NCBI GenBank assembly: GCA_964535655.1
Contig: CAZHTP010000001.1
Location: 186,862 to 250,861, forward strand
Origin: an uncultured Gammaproteobacteria bacterium
GTDB lineage: Bacteria > Patescibacteriota > Microgenomatia > JALYQM01
DNA length: 64,000 nt
Direction: 5' to 3'
This document shows, piece by piece, positions 56,652 through 64,000 of this stretch. The notes beneath the pieces were generated by a model that was not told where the DNA came from, searched no databases, and was given only the letters and a program-made list of their open reading frames with translations. The stretch's first letter is position 1, and each line of letters starts with the position of its first letter. Both the position numbers and the translations under genes were made by a program.

Positions 56652-57857
56652 ATGGACGACTTGCACACCCTCCTTGTGCGTAATGTAGATAGTATTTATC
56701 CTTCACGGGAGTTTCTTGAAAAGAGACTTGCAGAAGGGAAGCCTCTTCGCGTCTATTTGGGCGTAGATCCGACTGGTGCTTTGCAACTTCACCACTCGGT
56801 TCCGCTTTTTAAATTAAGGCATTTTCAAAAATTAGGTCATAAAATTTATTTGTTAATAGGAAGTTTTACGGCAATGATTGGGGATCCAACAGGCAAGTCA
56901 GCAGTCCGTGTTCCATTAACAAAAGAGCAAGTTATGGAAAATGCTAAAAATTACGCCGATCTTGCTTCTAAAATTTTAGATTTTCAAAACAATCCTCCTG
57001 AAGTAGTCTATAACGGAGATTGGCTGGAAAAGCTTACCTTTAAAGAAGTGATTGAACTTGCCTCTCATTTTACCGTACAGCAAATGATCGAACGCGATAT
57101 GTTTCAGAAAAGATTACAAAATGGATTACCGATCAGTTTGCACGAGTTTTTATATCCTTTAATGCAAGGCTACGACAGCGTTGTTCTCGATGTTGACGTT
57201 GAAGTAGGGGGGACTGATCAGACTTTTAACATGCTTGCCGGTAGAAAACTAATAGAACAATATTCTCACAAAGAGAAAGCCGTTGTAACAAATCCGCTTA
57301 TTACCGACTCTCAAGGTAAGAAAATGAGTACGAGTGATGGTACAGGTATCTCCTTAAATGTTTCTTCTATCGATCTCTATGGAAAAGTAATGTCATTACC
57401 CGATGACTTTATTTTGAATTTATTTATCATGTGTACTGAATTAGAAACAGAAAAGATCGATTCAATCAGGGACGCAATGGAGAAGGGTGAAAATCCTCTT
57501 ACTTATAAAAAACAGTTGGCTTATGAATTAACTCGCAGGTTCCATTCTGAGGATGCTGCCAAAGAAGCACAATCCTTTTTCGAATCTACCGTACAGCATG
57601 ACGAATTACCCACAGATATTCCAGAATGGATTGTCGAGCCTGGTTTGTACGAGATAACTGACTTATTAATGGATACTGGGCTGGTTACAAGTAAGAGCGA
57701 AGCAAAAAGAATGGTCTTTCAAGGTGGCGTTACCCTTCTTCACGACATTGAAGAAAAACGCATCGACGACGTACATACATTAGTTGAAGTAAAAAATGGA
57801 ATGATAATCAAGCTCGGTAAACGTCGATTTTTGAAGTTACAATTAGATACTAAATAA
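56652..57857 (+). CDS. tyrS: Tyrosine--tRNA ligase
   Basis: YLGVDPT, IGDPTG, EFLYPLMQGYD, GGTDQ.FN, KMSTS, C-terminal S4 domain (SKSEAKR..QGG). Confidence 0.96.
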   Translation: MDDLHTLLVRNVDSIYPSREFLEKRLAEGKPLRVYLGVDPTGALQLHHSVPLFKLRHFQKLGHKIYLLIGSFTAMIGDPTGKSAVRVPLTKEQVMENAKNYADLASKILDFQNNPPEVVYNGDWLEKLTFKEVIELASHFTVQQMIERDMFQKRLQNGLPISLHEFLYPLMQGYDSVVLDVDVEVGGTDQTFNMLAGRKLIEQYSHKEKAVVTNPLITDSQGKKMSTSDGTGISLNVSSIDLYGKVMSLPDDFILNLFIMCTELETEKIDSIRDAMEKGENPLTYKKQLAYELTRRFHSEDAAKEAQSFFESTVQHDELPTDIPEWIVEPGLYEITDLLMDTGLVTSKSEAKRMVFQGGVTLLHDIEEKRIDDVHTLVEVKNGMIIKLGKRRFLKLQLDTK

Positions 57858-57868
57858 GGAAACCTGCC

Positions 57869-57970
57869 ATGGAGTTTATTCAAAAACATCAGAAATTAAT
57901 ATCTATTATAAGTATTTTTGCTTTTGTGTCTATTATACTTTCATCGTTACTCTCAGGATTATTATATTAA
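57869..57970 (+). CDS. 33-aa single-TM miniprotein (not in ORF track)
   Basis: MEFIQKHQKLISIISIFAFVSIILSSLLSGLLY*; aagga SD 8 nt upstream; fills the tyrS-recG gap. Confidence 0.6.
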   Translation: MEFIQKHQKLISIISIFAFVSIILSSLLSGLLY

Positions 57971-57982
57971 GGAGCGTATTTA

Positions 57983-60088
57983 ATGCTTCAGTTATCAGCA
58001 CCGTTATCAAAAATACCGGGGGTAGGTCCAGCGTATATTTCGCGGCTAGAGAGTTTGGGATTATTTACTGTTCACGATTTACTTCTTTATTTTCCGTTTC
58101 GTTATGATGATTTTTCAATTGTCGTTGATTCCAGTACTGTTCGAATAAACACCAGTGTAACCATTACTGCTCGCTTGTTAACCATTGAAAATATTTATAC
58201 CAGAAATGGGAAAAAACTTACGAAAGCGTTGTTTCAAGATGAAAGTGGAATAGTACCCGTGATGTGGTTTAATCAACCCTATCTGGTTAAATCGCTGAAG
58301 CCTGGTTTATTACTGCGATTAACGGGAAAGGTTCAGGAGTTTAGTCGGGTTGAGACGCTGATGTCTCCTAAATGGGAACGAGTTAGTGAGCAATCTAGCC
58401 CAGCCAGTCGTGCTCCTGAAACCTCGATTACGACTGATGTTCCTATAGAGAAATCCCTACATGCGGGGCGATTAGTCCCGATTTATAGTGAGACGGTTGG
58501 CTTGAGTTCACGATGGTTGCGGGAAAAAGTTGCGTATATAATTGAAAATTTAGGGGAGTTCCCTGCAGAATATATCCCCGATGGCTTGTTACGAAAAAAT
58601 AGCTTACTGCCGCTGGATAAAGCGATCACGAGTATCCATTTTCCGGAATCATTTGAGATTGCCGAACAGGCTCGGCACCGCTTTGCCTACGATGAGATAT
58701 TGTTTGCTCAATTGCGTTCTCAGTTACAGCGACTACAGTGGCGATCGAAGAAACTTGCATTTCGTTTAGATTTTACCGATTTTGCTGAAAAAATTGATCA
58801 GGTATGCGCTGGACTACCTTTTTCGCTGACCTGTGCTCAGGAGCGAGTAGTTCAGGAGATTATGCATGATCTGCAAAAAAATGAACCTATGAATCGATTG
58901 GTAGAAGGGGATGTAGGTAGCGGGAAAACGGTTGTTGCGGCGCTGGCGATGTATGCTGTATTCTTGAGCGGCCATAAAAGCGTATTAATGGCTCCAACGC
59001 AAATACTTGCTACTCAGCATTACGAAACTATTTCACGGATCTTAGGAGCGTATGGGGTCTCGGTATCATTACTGGTAGGTGGCAAAAAAATTGTTGATTC
59101 CGAATTGCGCTCTAATTTCCTAAAATCTGATATTATAGTTGGGACTCATGCTTTGTTGCATGGAGATTTAGCTTTCGAATCTGTCGCACTAACAGTTGTT
59201 GATGAACAACATCGTTTTGGAGTTGCACAGCGAGCTTTTTTGCGTTCCCGGCACGGATTAACCCATATTCTTTCGATGACGGCAACTCCAATTCCTCGAA
59301 CCTTGGCTTTAACTTTATATGGAGACTTAGATCTTTCAGTTATTGATGAAATGCCAGCCGGGCGTAGACCGATTAAAACATGGGTTGTACCACTTCATAA
59401 GCGAGAGGGTGCTTACTCTTGGATTAGGAAACATATACAGAAAACAGGTGAGCAAGTGTTCGTTGTTTGTCCATTTATTGAACCTTCTGAATCATCTGAT
59501 ACTGTTAAAGCTGCAGTAGAGGAATTTAAACGTTTGAAAACGGTTGTTTTCTCTGATTTGAAAATTGGCTTGCTCCATGGAGGAATGAAGGGGAGTGAGA
59601 AGGATGTAATTCTGCAGGATTTTAGAGACAAAAAAATGGAAATTCTTGTGTGTACACCAGTTGTTGAGGTAGGAATTGATATTCCGAACGCATCAATTAT
59701 TCTTATTGAATCCTCAGAGAGATTTGGCTTAGCTCAATTGCATCAATTGCGAGGACGTGTTGGACGAGGGGGGCAGCAAGCTTTTTGCTTGCTCTTTACT
59801 TCAGAGGAAAAACAAGAAGAGTCTCGAAGGCTGAAAGCCTTGGAAAATAGCAACTCAGGATTAGAATTGGCGGAGATTGACTTACAATACCGTGGTGCAG
59901 GGAATATTTTTGGTGTTCAACAGTCGGGAAAAATACTCTTTAAATACGCGGATTTTTTTGATACGGGTTTCATTTCGGGGGTAAAACAGGACGCAGCAGG
60001 GCTTCTTGAAGCGGATTCAGGGTTACAGCGAAATCCAGGATTACTTGCTAAGGTTTTAGTTGATGGGGAACGTATCGAGGCTAATTGA
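57983..60088 (+). CDS. recG: ATP-dependent DNA helicase RecG
   Basis: WFNQPY wedge domain, GDVGSGKT, DEQHRFGV.QR, MTATPIPRTL, RFGLAQLHQLRGRVGRG. Confidence 0.97.
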   Translation: MLQLSAPLSKIPGVGPAYISRLESLGLFTVHDLLLYFPFRYDDFSIVVDSSTVRINTSVTITARLLTIENIYTRNGKKLTKALFQDESGIVPVMWFNQPYLVKSLKPGLLLRLTGKVQEFSRVETLMSPKWERVSEQSSPASRAPETSITTDVPIEKSLHAGRLVPIYSETVGLSSRWLREKVAYIIENLGEFPAEYIPDGLLRKNSLLPLDKAITSIHFPESFEIAEQARHRFAYDEILFAQLRSQLQRLQWRSKKLAFRLDFTDFAEKIDQVCAGLPFSLTCAQERVVQEIMHDLQKNEPMNRLVEGDVGSGKTVVAALAMYAVFLSGHKSVLMAPTQILATQHYETISRILGAYGVSVSLLVGGKKIVDSELRSNFLKSDIIVGTHALLHGDLAFESVALTVVDEQHRFGVAQRAFLRSRHGLTHILSMTATPIPRTLALTLYGDLDLSVIDEMPAGRRPIKTWVVPLHKREGAYSWIRKHIQKTGEQVFVVCPFIEPSESSDTVKAAVEEFKRLKTVVFSDLKIGLLHGGMKGSEKDVILQDFRDKKMEILVCTPVVEVGIDIPNASIILIESSERFGLAQLHQLRGRVGRGGQQAFCLLFTSEEKQEESRRLKALENSNSGLELAEIDLQYRGAGNIFGVQQSGKILFKYADFFDTGFISGVKQDAAGLLEADSGLQRNPGLLAKVLVDGERIEAN

Positions 60089-60143
60089 TTTATTTACATT
60101 TGTTCTGATATAATCCACAATAGTGGTAATTTAAGGAGGATTT

Positions 60144-60263
60144 ATGGCACCGCTTCCGAAGAGAAGACATTCAACCGCAAGACAGGGAAAGAGAACCTCT
60201 GCGATTGTACTTAAACTCAGAAAAAAGCTTGAGCATACTAAAACATTTATTAAGTCAAAATAA
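60144..60263 (+). CDS. rpmF: 50S ribosomal protein L32, 39-aa form (not in ORF track)
   Basis: MAPLPKRRHSTARQGKRTSAIVLKLRKKLEHTKTFIKSK*; SD aaggagga; promoter TGaTATAAT at 60106-60114; directly upstream of nusB and rnc. Confidence 0.85.
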   Translation: MAPLPKRRHSTARQGKRTSAIVLKLRKKLEHTKTFIKSK

Positions 60264-60266
60264 TAC

Positions 60267-60659
60267 ATGAAATCAAGAAATGACCCAAGACATCAAAAAA
60301 GAGAGCATCTCATTCAAATTCTATTTGAATGGGGGTTTCGTAAGAACAATGAAAATAGTTTTGAATTGCAGCCTCTTTTTGAGCATTTAGATGTTATAGA
60401 TGGCTATATTAAAGAAGCGGCTCCTCAATGGCCTTTAGAGCAAATTGCGCCGGTTGATTTGGCTGTATTACGACATGGGGTATGGGAACTACTTTTTAGC
60501 GATGATATTTTGCCTGATAAAGTTGTCTTAGATGAATCAATTGAACTTGCTAAAGAGTATGGTGGAGAGAGCTCTCCATCTTTTATTAATGGAGTATTGG
60601 GTACTGTTCTTAGGCTCCATCATAGAGAGAACAGTACACAAGAAGAACCCAGCAACTAA
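60267..60659 (+). CDS. nusB: Transcription antitermination factor NusB
   Basis: R...RE...Q.LFE, W..EQ...VD.AVLR, E.IELAKEYG...S..FINGVL. Confidence 0.94.
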   Translation: MKSRNDPRHQKREHLIQILFEWGFRKNNENSFELQPLFEHLDVIDGYIKEAAPQWPLEQIAPVDLAVLRHGVWELLFSDDILPDKVVLDESIELAKEYGGESSPSFINGVLGTVLRLHHRENSTQEEPSN

Positions 60660-60661
60660 CT

Positions 60662-61357
60662 ATGTTTGAACCACTTATTGCGTTACTTCAAAAGGATTCA
60701 ATTCCTGTACATGATGAACTAATTCTGAAGAGGGCGTTTATTCATAGATCTTTTCTTAACGAAAGTCGAGATAAAACATTAGAAAGTAATGAGCGTCTTG
60801 AATTTTTAGGAGATAGTGTTTTGTCCTTAATAGTCTCACATTATTTATACGTTACGTATCCTTCTTTGCCTGAAGGGCAGTTAACAAATTATCGTTCTTC
60901 AATAGTTAAAACGGGTTCTTTGGCTCTCGCTGCAAAAGAGCTTGGGTTGGGAACATATTTACATATGGCTCGCGGTGAGGCAGAATCAGGCGGTAAGGAA
61001 AATCCTTCATTACTTGCCGATACCTTTGAAGCTTTACTTGGGGTAATTTATTTAAATTTCGGTTTTGAAAAAGCCCGTATTTTTGTTCAGAATAGGCTCT
61101 TAATTCATTTGGAAAATATTATATCAAGCGGCACATTCCGTGATTATAAGAGTATGTTTCAAGAGAAAGTACAGGAAAAATTTCGTATTTCACCGCTGTA
61201 TACAGTAGTGAGCACTTCAGGTCCTGACCATGCCAAAGAGTTTGAAGTTCAAGTTCAGGTCGATTTACAAATTTATGGAAAGGGTCATGGTAAGAGTAAG
61301 CAAGAAGCTGAGCAAGCTGCAGCAAAGGCAGCACTTGACGCTTGGCCTCAATCATGA
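60662..61357 (+). CDS. rnc: Ribonuclease III
   Basis: AF.HRS, NERLEFLGDSVL, ADTFEAL, dsRBD DYKS..QE...GPDHAKEF...G.SKQEAEQ.AA. Confidence 0.97.
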   Translation: MFEPLIALLQKDSIPVHDELILKRAFIHRSFLNESRDKTLESNERLEFLGDSVLSLIVSHYLYVTYPSLPEGQLTNYRSSIVKTGSLALAAKELGLGTYLHMARGEAESGGKENPSLLADTFEALLGVIYLNFGFEKARIFVQNRLLIHLENIISSGTFRDYKSMFQEKVQEKFRISPLYTVVSTSGPDHAKEFEVQVQVDLQIYGKGHGKSKQEAEQAAAKAALDAWPQS

Positions 61358-61372
61358 TATCTTGGAGGGGTT

Positions 61373-61612
61373 ATGTCTACAACTATCAGATTATCACGTG
61401 TTGGTTCAAAGAAAGAAGCTCGATACCGCATCGTTGTTAAAACGACTCGTAGTCGACGAGACGGTCAGGCACTTGAAGTGCTTGGTACGTATGCTCCACT
61501 CGCAGAGGATTCAAAGCAGGTTGTTTTAAATCTTGATTCCTATAAAGATTGGATTAAGCAAGGTGCTAAGCCAAGCCAGACTGTTGCGTCTCTCGCTAAA
61601 AGAGTATCATAA
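61373..61612 (+). CDS. rpsP: 30S ribosomal protein S16
   Basis: IRLSRVG.KK...YRIVV....RRDG..LE.LGTY.P, W...GAKPS.TV. Confidence 0.96.
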   Translation: MSTTIRLSRVGSKKEARYRIVVKTTRSRRDGQALEVLGTYAPLAEDSKQVVLNLDSYKDWIKQGAKPSQTVASLAKRVS

Positions 61613-61648
61613 ACTTTGTACACTCATACTTAAAATAAAGGAGTCAGA

Positions 61649-61921
61649 ATGAAAGACTTATTACTCTACATCCTCAAATCCATTGTCGATTTCCCAGATG
61701 AAGTTAGTGTTGATGAGCAAGTCCGCGAAGACGGTTATGTAGTTTTAAACGTTCATGTTAATCAGGGCGATATGGGGAAAGTTATCGGACGCGAAGGAAA
61801 AATAATTAAAGCTATTCGTAGTTTAGTCCGTGTGGTCGCTATTCGAGAGAATAAAAAGGTCTCAGTTGAACTTGAGGATCAACCATCAACAAGTGCTGAG
61901 AGCACAGACTCTGAAGAATAA
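61649..61921 (+). CDS. khpA: KH-domain RNA-binding protein KhpA
   Basis: IVD.PD.V.V, DMGKVIGREG.II.AIR; lies between rpsP and trmD. Confidence 0.9.
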   Translation: MKDLLLYILKSIVDFPDEVSVDEQVREDGYVVLNVHVNQGDMGKVIGREGKIIKAIRSLVRVVAIRENKKVSVELEDQPSTSAESTDSEE

Positions 61922-62622
61922 TGAATCTTTATTTTATAACGCTATTTCCTGAAGTTATAAATGCAACTATGTTAACGAGCATTATCGGTCGAGCGCATGA
62001 CAATGCTCTTTTTCATTTTAGTTGTTATAATCCAAGAGACTTTTCCCCAGATAAGCATAAAAACGTTGACGATCATCCTTATGGTGGAGGTAAAGGGATG
62101 GTCCTTAGGGCAGATGTCCTTGAGCTTACATTAAAGCAGGCATTTGCCGATGCTGGGCTTAGTTTAACCGACTATGACCGAGCTAAAGTTAGCATTGTTG
62201 CTACTGTGGCTGGCGGGGATCTTTTTTCCCAAAGAATAGCTGAACAGTATTCCTCCTTGGAGCATTTATTTATTATTTGTGGACATTATGAAGGAATAGA
62301 TCAGCGGTTTATTGATTTGTATTGTGATAATGAGATAAGTATAGGGAAATATGTTTTAACGGGAGGAGAGTTGGCAGCTGTAGTTATCGCTGAAGCAGTA
62401 CTTCGTTTGCTCCCTGGAGTATTAGGATCTGATGAATCTTCAGAAGAGGAATCATACAGTATCTTTGATAACGATCAGCAATTGGTTGAATATCCTCACT
62501 ATACTCGCCCAGCAGAATTTAATGGTGTAGCCGTACCGAACGTACTCGTGAATGGTAATCATAAAGAGATCCAAAAATGGAGATTACAGCAGTCACGAGT
62601 ACGTTCCCATAAACAAAAGTAG
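61921..62622 (+). CDS. trmD: tRNA m1G37 methyltransferase TrmD
   Basis: TLFPE, VDDHPYGGG.GMV, CGHYEGIDQR, SIG.YVLTGGE, EYPHYTRP, VP.VL..GNH. Confidence 0.97.
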   Translation: MNLYFITLFPEVINATMLTSIIGRAHDNALFHFSCYNPRDFSPDKHKNVDDHPYGGGKGMVLRADVLELTLKQAFADAGLSLTDYDRAKVSIVATVAGGDLFSQRIAEQYSSLEHLFIICGHYEGIDQRFIDLYCDNEISIGKYVLTGGELAAVVIAEAVLRLLPGVLGSDESSEEESYSIFDNDQQLVEYPHYTRPAEFNGVAVPNVLVNGNHKEIQKWRLQQSRVRSHKQK

Positions 62623-62629
62623 TATTTTT

Positions 62630-63427
62630 TTATGGTGTAGCGGTTGGTTTCACCGTAGCTTTTGCTGAACTACTTTGGTTAGCAGCTTCAGTTGGGACAG
62701 GGGTTGGTGATGTTTCTGGTGAAGCCTTAGACTCACTGTTTCCTTCTATTTGGTACGAATTATATGTTTGTAGCAAATCATATGTTTTTCGGTCTTCTGC
62801 GGTTAAGGTGGGAATTTCTTCTGTTTCATCTTTAGGGGTAGGTGGTAGTTGAAGATAAAAAGCTGACATGTTTGAGCTCACAGTTACACCGCCATCTTCA
62901 GACTGGGTACCACCTGTATTTAAGTTTACCGATTCCATATTAATTAATCGTTTTGCTTTATATACCTTACCCATGAAAGTCTTAATGGCTTCGTAGTTGC
63001 CTCGGTATGCGAGTGTAAAAGAAATGGATGGACCTGTTTTAGCATTAGCTGCTGTTATTGACGTGTCGTTCACTAATTTTCCTGGAGTGAGCTGGATTCC
63101 CTGAATCTGAACATCACTTTCCTGTGCAATTTTTTGAAGCTGGATAATAAGCGCTGGAACCTCTTTTTGGTTGGGAAGAGCGATCGTTAGAGCCGAGAGT
63201 TGGGCTACTAAATCGGTTTTGTTACTTTCGAGTTGAGTCAGATCTGCAAGCTTTTTGTCTAACTTTACTTTGCGTTCTTCTTCTGCCGCTTTACGTGTTT
63301 GTAGTTCCTGGATTTCTCCAATCTTTGGCTGAATAAAGAGAAGACCAATTCCTACTACTACAATGATTGCTATCACAGGAAGGACGTAATATACACTCAT
63401 TTTCATTTTACTATTCGCGTTTTTCAT
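62630..63427 (-). CDS. pilO: Type IV pilus alignment protein PilO-like
   Basis: TM, coiled coil, ALP...EVP.L..QL..IA, GNYE....F...V....RLI; S/T/P-rich tail; follows a pilN-like gene. Confidence 0.75.
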   Translation of the reverse strand: MKNANSKMKMSVYYVLPVIAIIVVVGIGLLFIQPKIGEIQELQTRKAAEEERKVKLDKKLADLTQLESNKTDLVAQLSALTIALPNQKEVPALIIQLQKIAQESDVQIQGIQLTPGKLVNDTSITAANAKTGPSISFTLAYRGNYEAIKTFMGKVYKAKRLINMESVNLNTGGTQSEDGGVTVSSNMSAFYLQLPPTPKDETEEIPTLTAEDRKTYDLLQTYNSYQIEGNSESKASPETSPTPVPTEAANQSSSAKATVKPTATP

Positions 63428-63987
63428 TGTGCTCCCCCTGAGGTTTTTACTAACGTCATTGAAATATTGAACTGTAAATCTCCATCTTTTGTTGTACTGA
63501 CACTGCCTAAATTTATATCCGTAAAATATTTTGCACCTTTTTCTTTATCTAAAACATTCTTTACATAGTTATAAAAACTTTCAGAATTGTTAGCTTTTCC
63601 GTTGAGAACTATTTTGTCAGTTTTATCTATAGCGACGTCTGAGATCGTAATTCCGTCAGGTACAATGCTTTGAATATTTTCAATAACTGTTTTATAATCT
63701 TTCGCAGCGGAAAGGGTATTCATTGATGTCGTTATTTTAGCTTTAATTGCCCGCTGTGAAAGTTCGGTATCTGCAAAACCGAGCACTTGGGTTTTCTTGC
63801 TATCATTTTCTTGTACAACTTTTTTATAACTTTCGTTTAAAGTGATCTGGATTGTAAAGACGGCAATGACGGCAATAATGCCGATTACAAAAATAGCCAT
63901 ACTGACAATAGTTAGTAATTTTTGCAACTTGCTTTCACGCTCTTCTTTAAGAGTTATATCTGGTAAGAGGTTAATTTCTTTGGCCAT
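63424..63987 (-). CDS. pilN: Type IV pilus alignment protein PilN-like
   Basis: N-terminal INLLP (PilM-binding motif), TM, coiled coil, P.GI.I..V....L.G.A. Confidence 0.8.
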   Translation of the reverse strand: MAKEINLLPDITLKEERESKLQKLLTIVSMAIFVIGIIAVIAVFTIQITLNESYKKVVQENDSKKTQVLGFADTELSQRAIKAKITTSMNTLSAAKDYKTVIENIQSIVPDGITISDVAIDKTDKIVLNGKANNSESFYNYVKNVLDKEKGAKYFTDINLGSVSTTKDGDLQFNISMTLVKTSGGAQ

Positions 63988-64000
63988 ACTTTTTTAGATC

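Noticed and set aside
2552-61529. Many 60-160 aa ORFs overlapping annotated genes (for example 2556..2930, 13338..13733, 22208..22513, 54264..54752)
   Set aside because: Antisense or out-of-frame shadows of well-supported genes, with no motifs or independent start signals.
1-64000. CRISPR array, cas genes, transposases, integrases, prophage or defence genes
   Set aside because: No regularly spaced repeats or recognisable motifs; nearly all long ORFs are assignable housekeeping genes and intergenic gaps are short.
1-64000. Alternative genetic code (UGA as Gly, as in Gracilibacteria/Absconditabacteria)
   Set aside because: murD, murC, rodA, recG and rnc end at TGA at the expected lengths, and no conserved gene is interrupted by TGA.

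Overview
Core-genome segment of a reduced bacterium using genetic code 11. Gene content and order (DUF4012, alpha2-type GlyRS, rpsB-tsf-frr without pyrH, short EF-Ts, membrane-anchored Clp ATPase, pilN/pilO) suggest Patescibacteria/CPR, probably Microgenomates; this is inference. The window holds a rearranged dcw/peptidoglycan cluster (rsmH-ftsL-ftsI-murE-murI-murD-murC-murB-murA-dgkA-mraY-ftsW-murG-ftsQ-ftsA-orf-ftsZ-rodA; no mraZ, murF or ddl), translation genes, parB, dnaB, recO, recG, lgt/lspA, a class A PBP, two tRNAs (Leu-CAA, Val-GAC) and a T-box riboswitch. Main observations: (1) a three-gene insert between thrS and infC encodes a citrate-synthase-fold enzyme with intact catalytic residues, a HAD phosphatase and an atypical CMP-sugar-acid synthetase; (2) many genes, including internal dcw genes, have their own -10 box 6-10 nt before the ATG and look leaderless; (3) a compact Thr T-box; (4) a transmembrane Clp ATPase with a degenerate first ATPase module; (5) an Lgt missing most catalytic residues; (6) two small genes missed by the ORF track (39-aa L32 and a 33-aa membrane miniprotein). 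I saw no CRISPR array, transposase or integrase. All calls come from reading the sequence by eye; no database search or computation was run.
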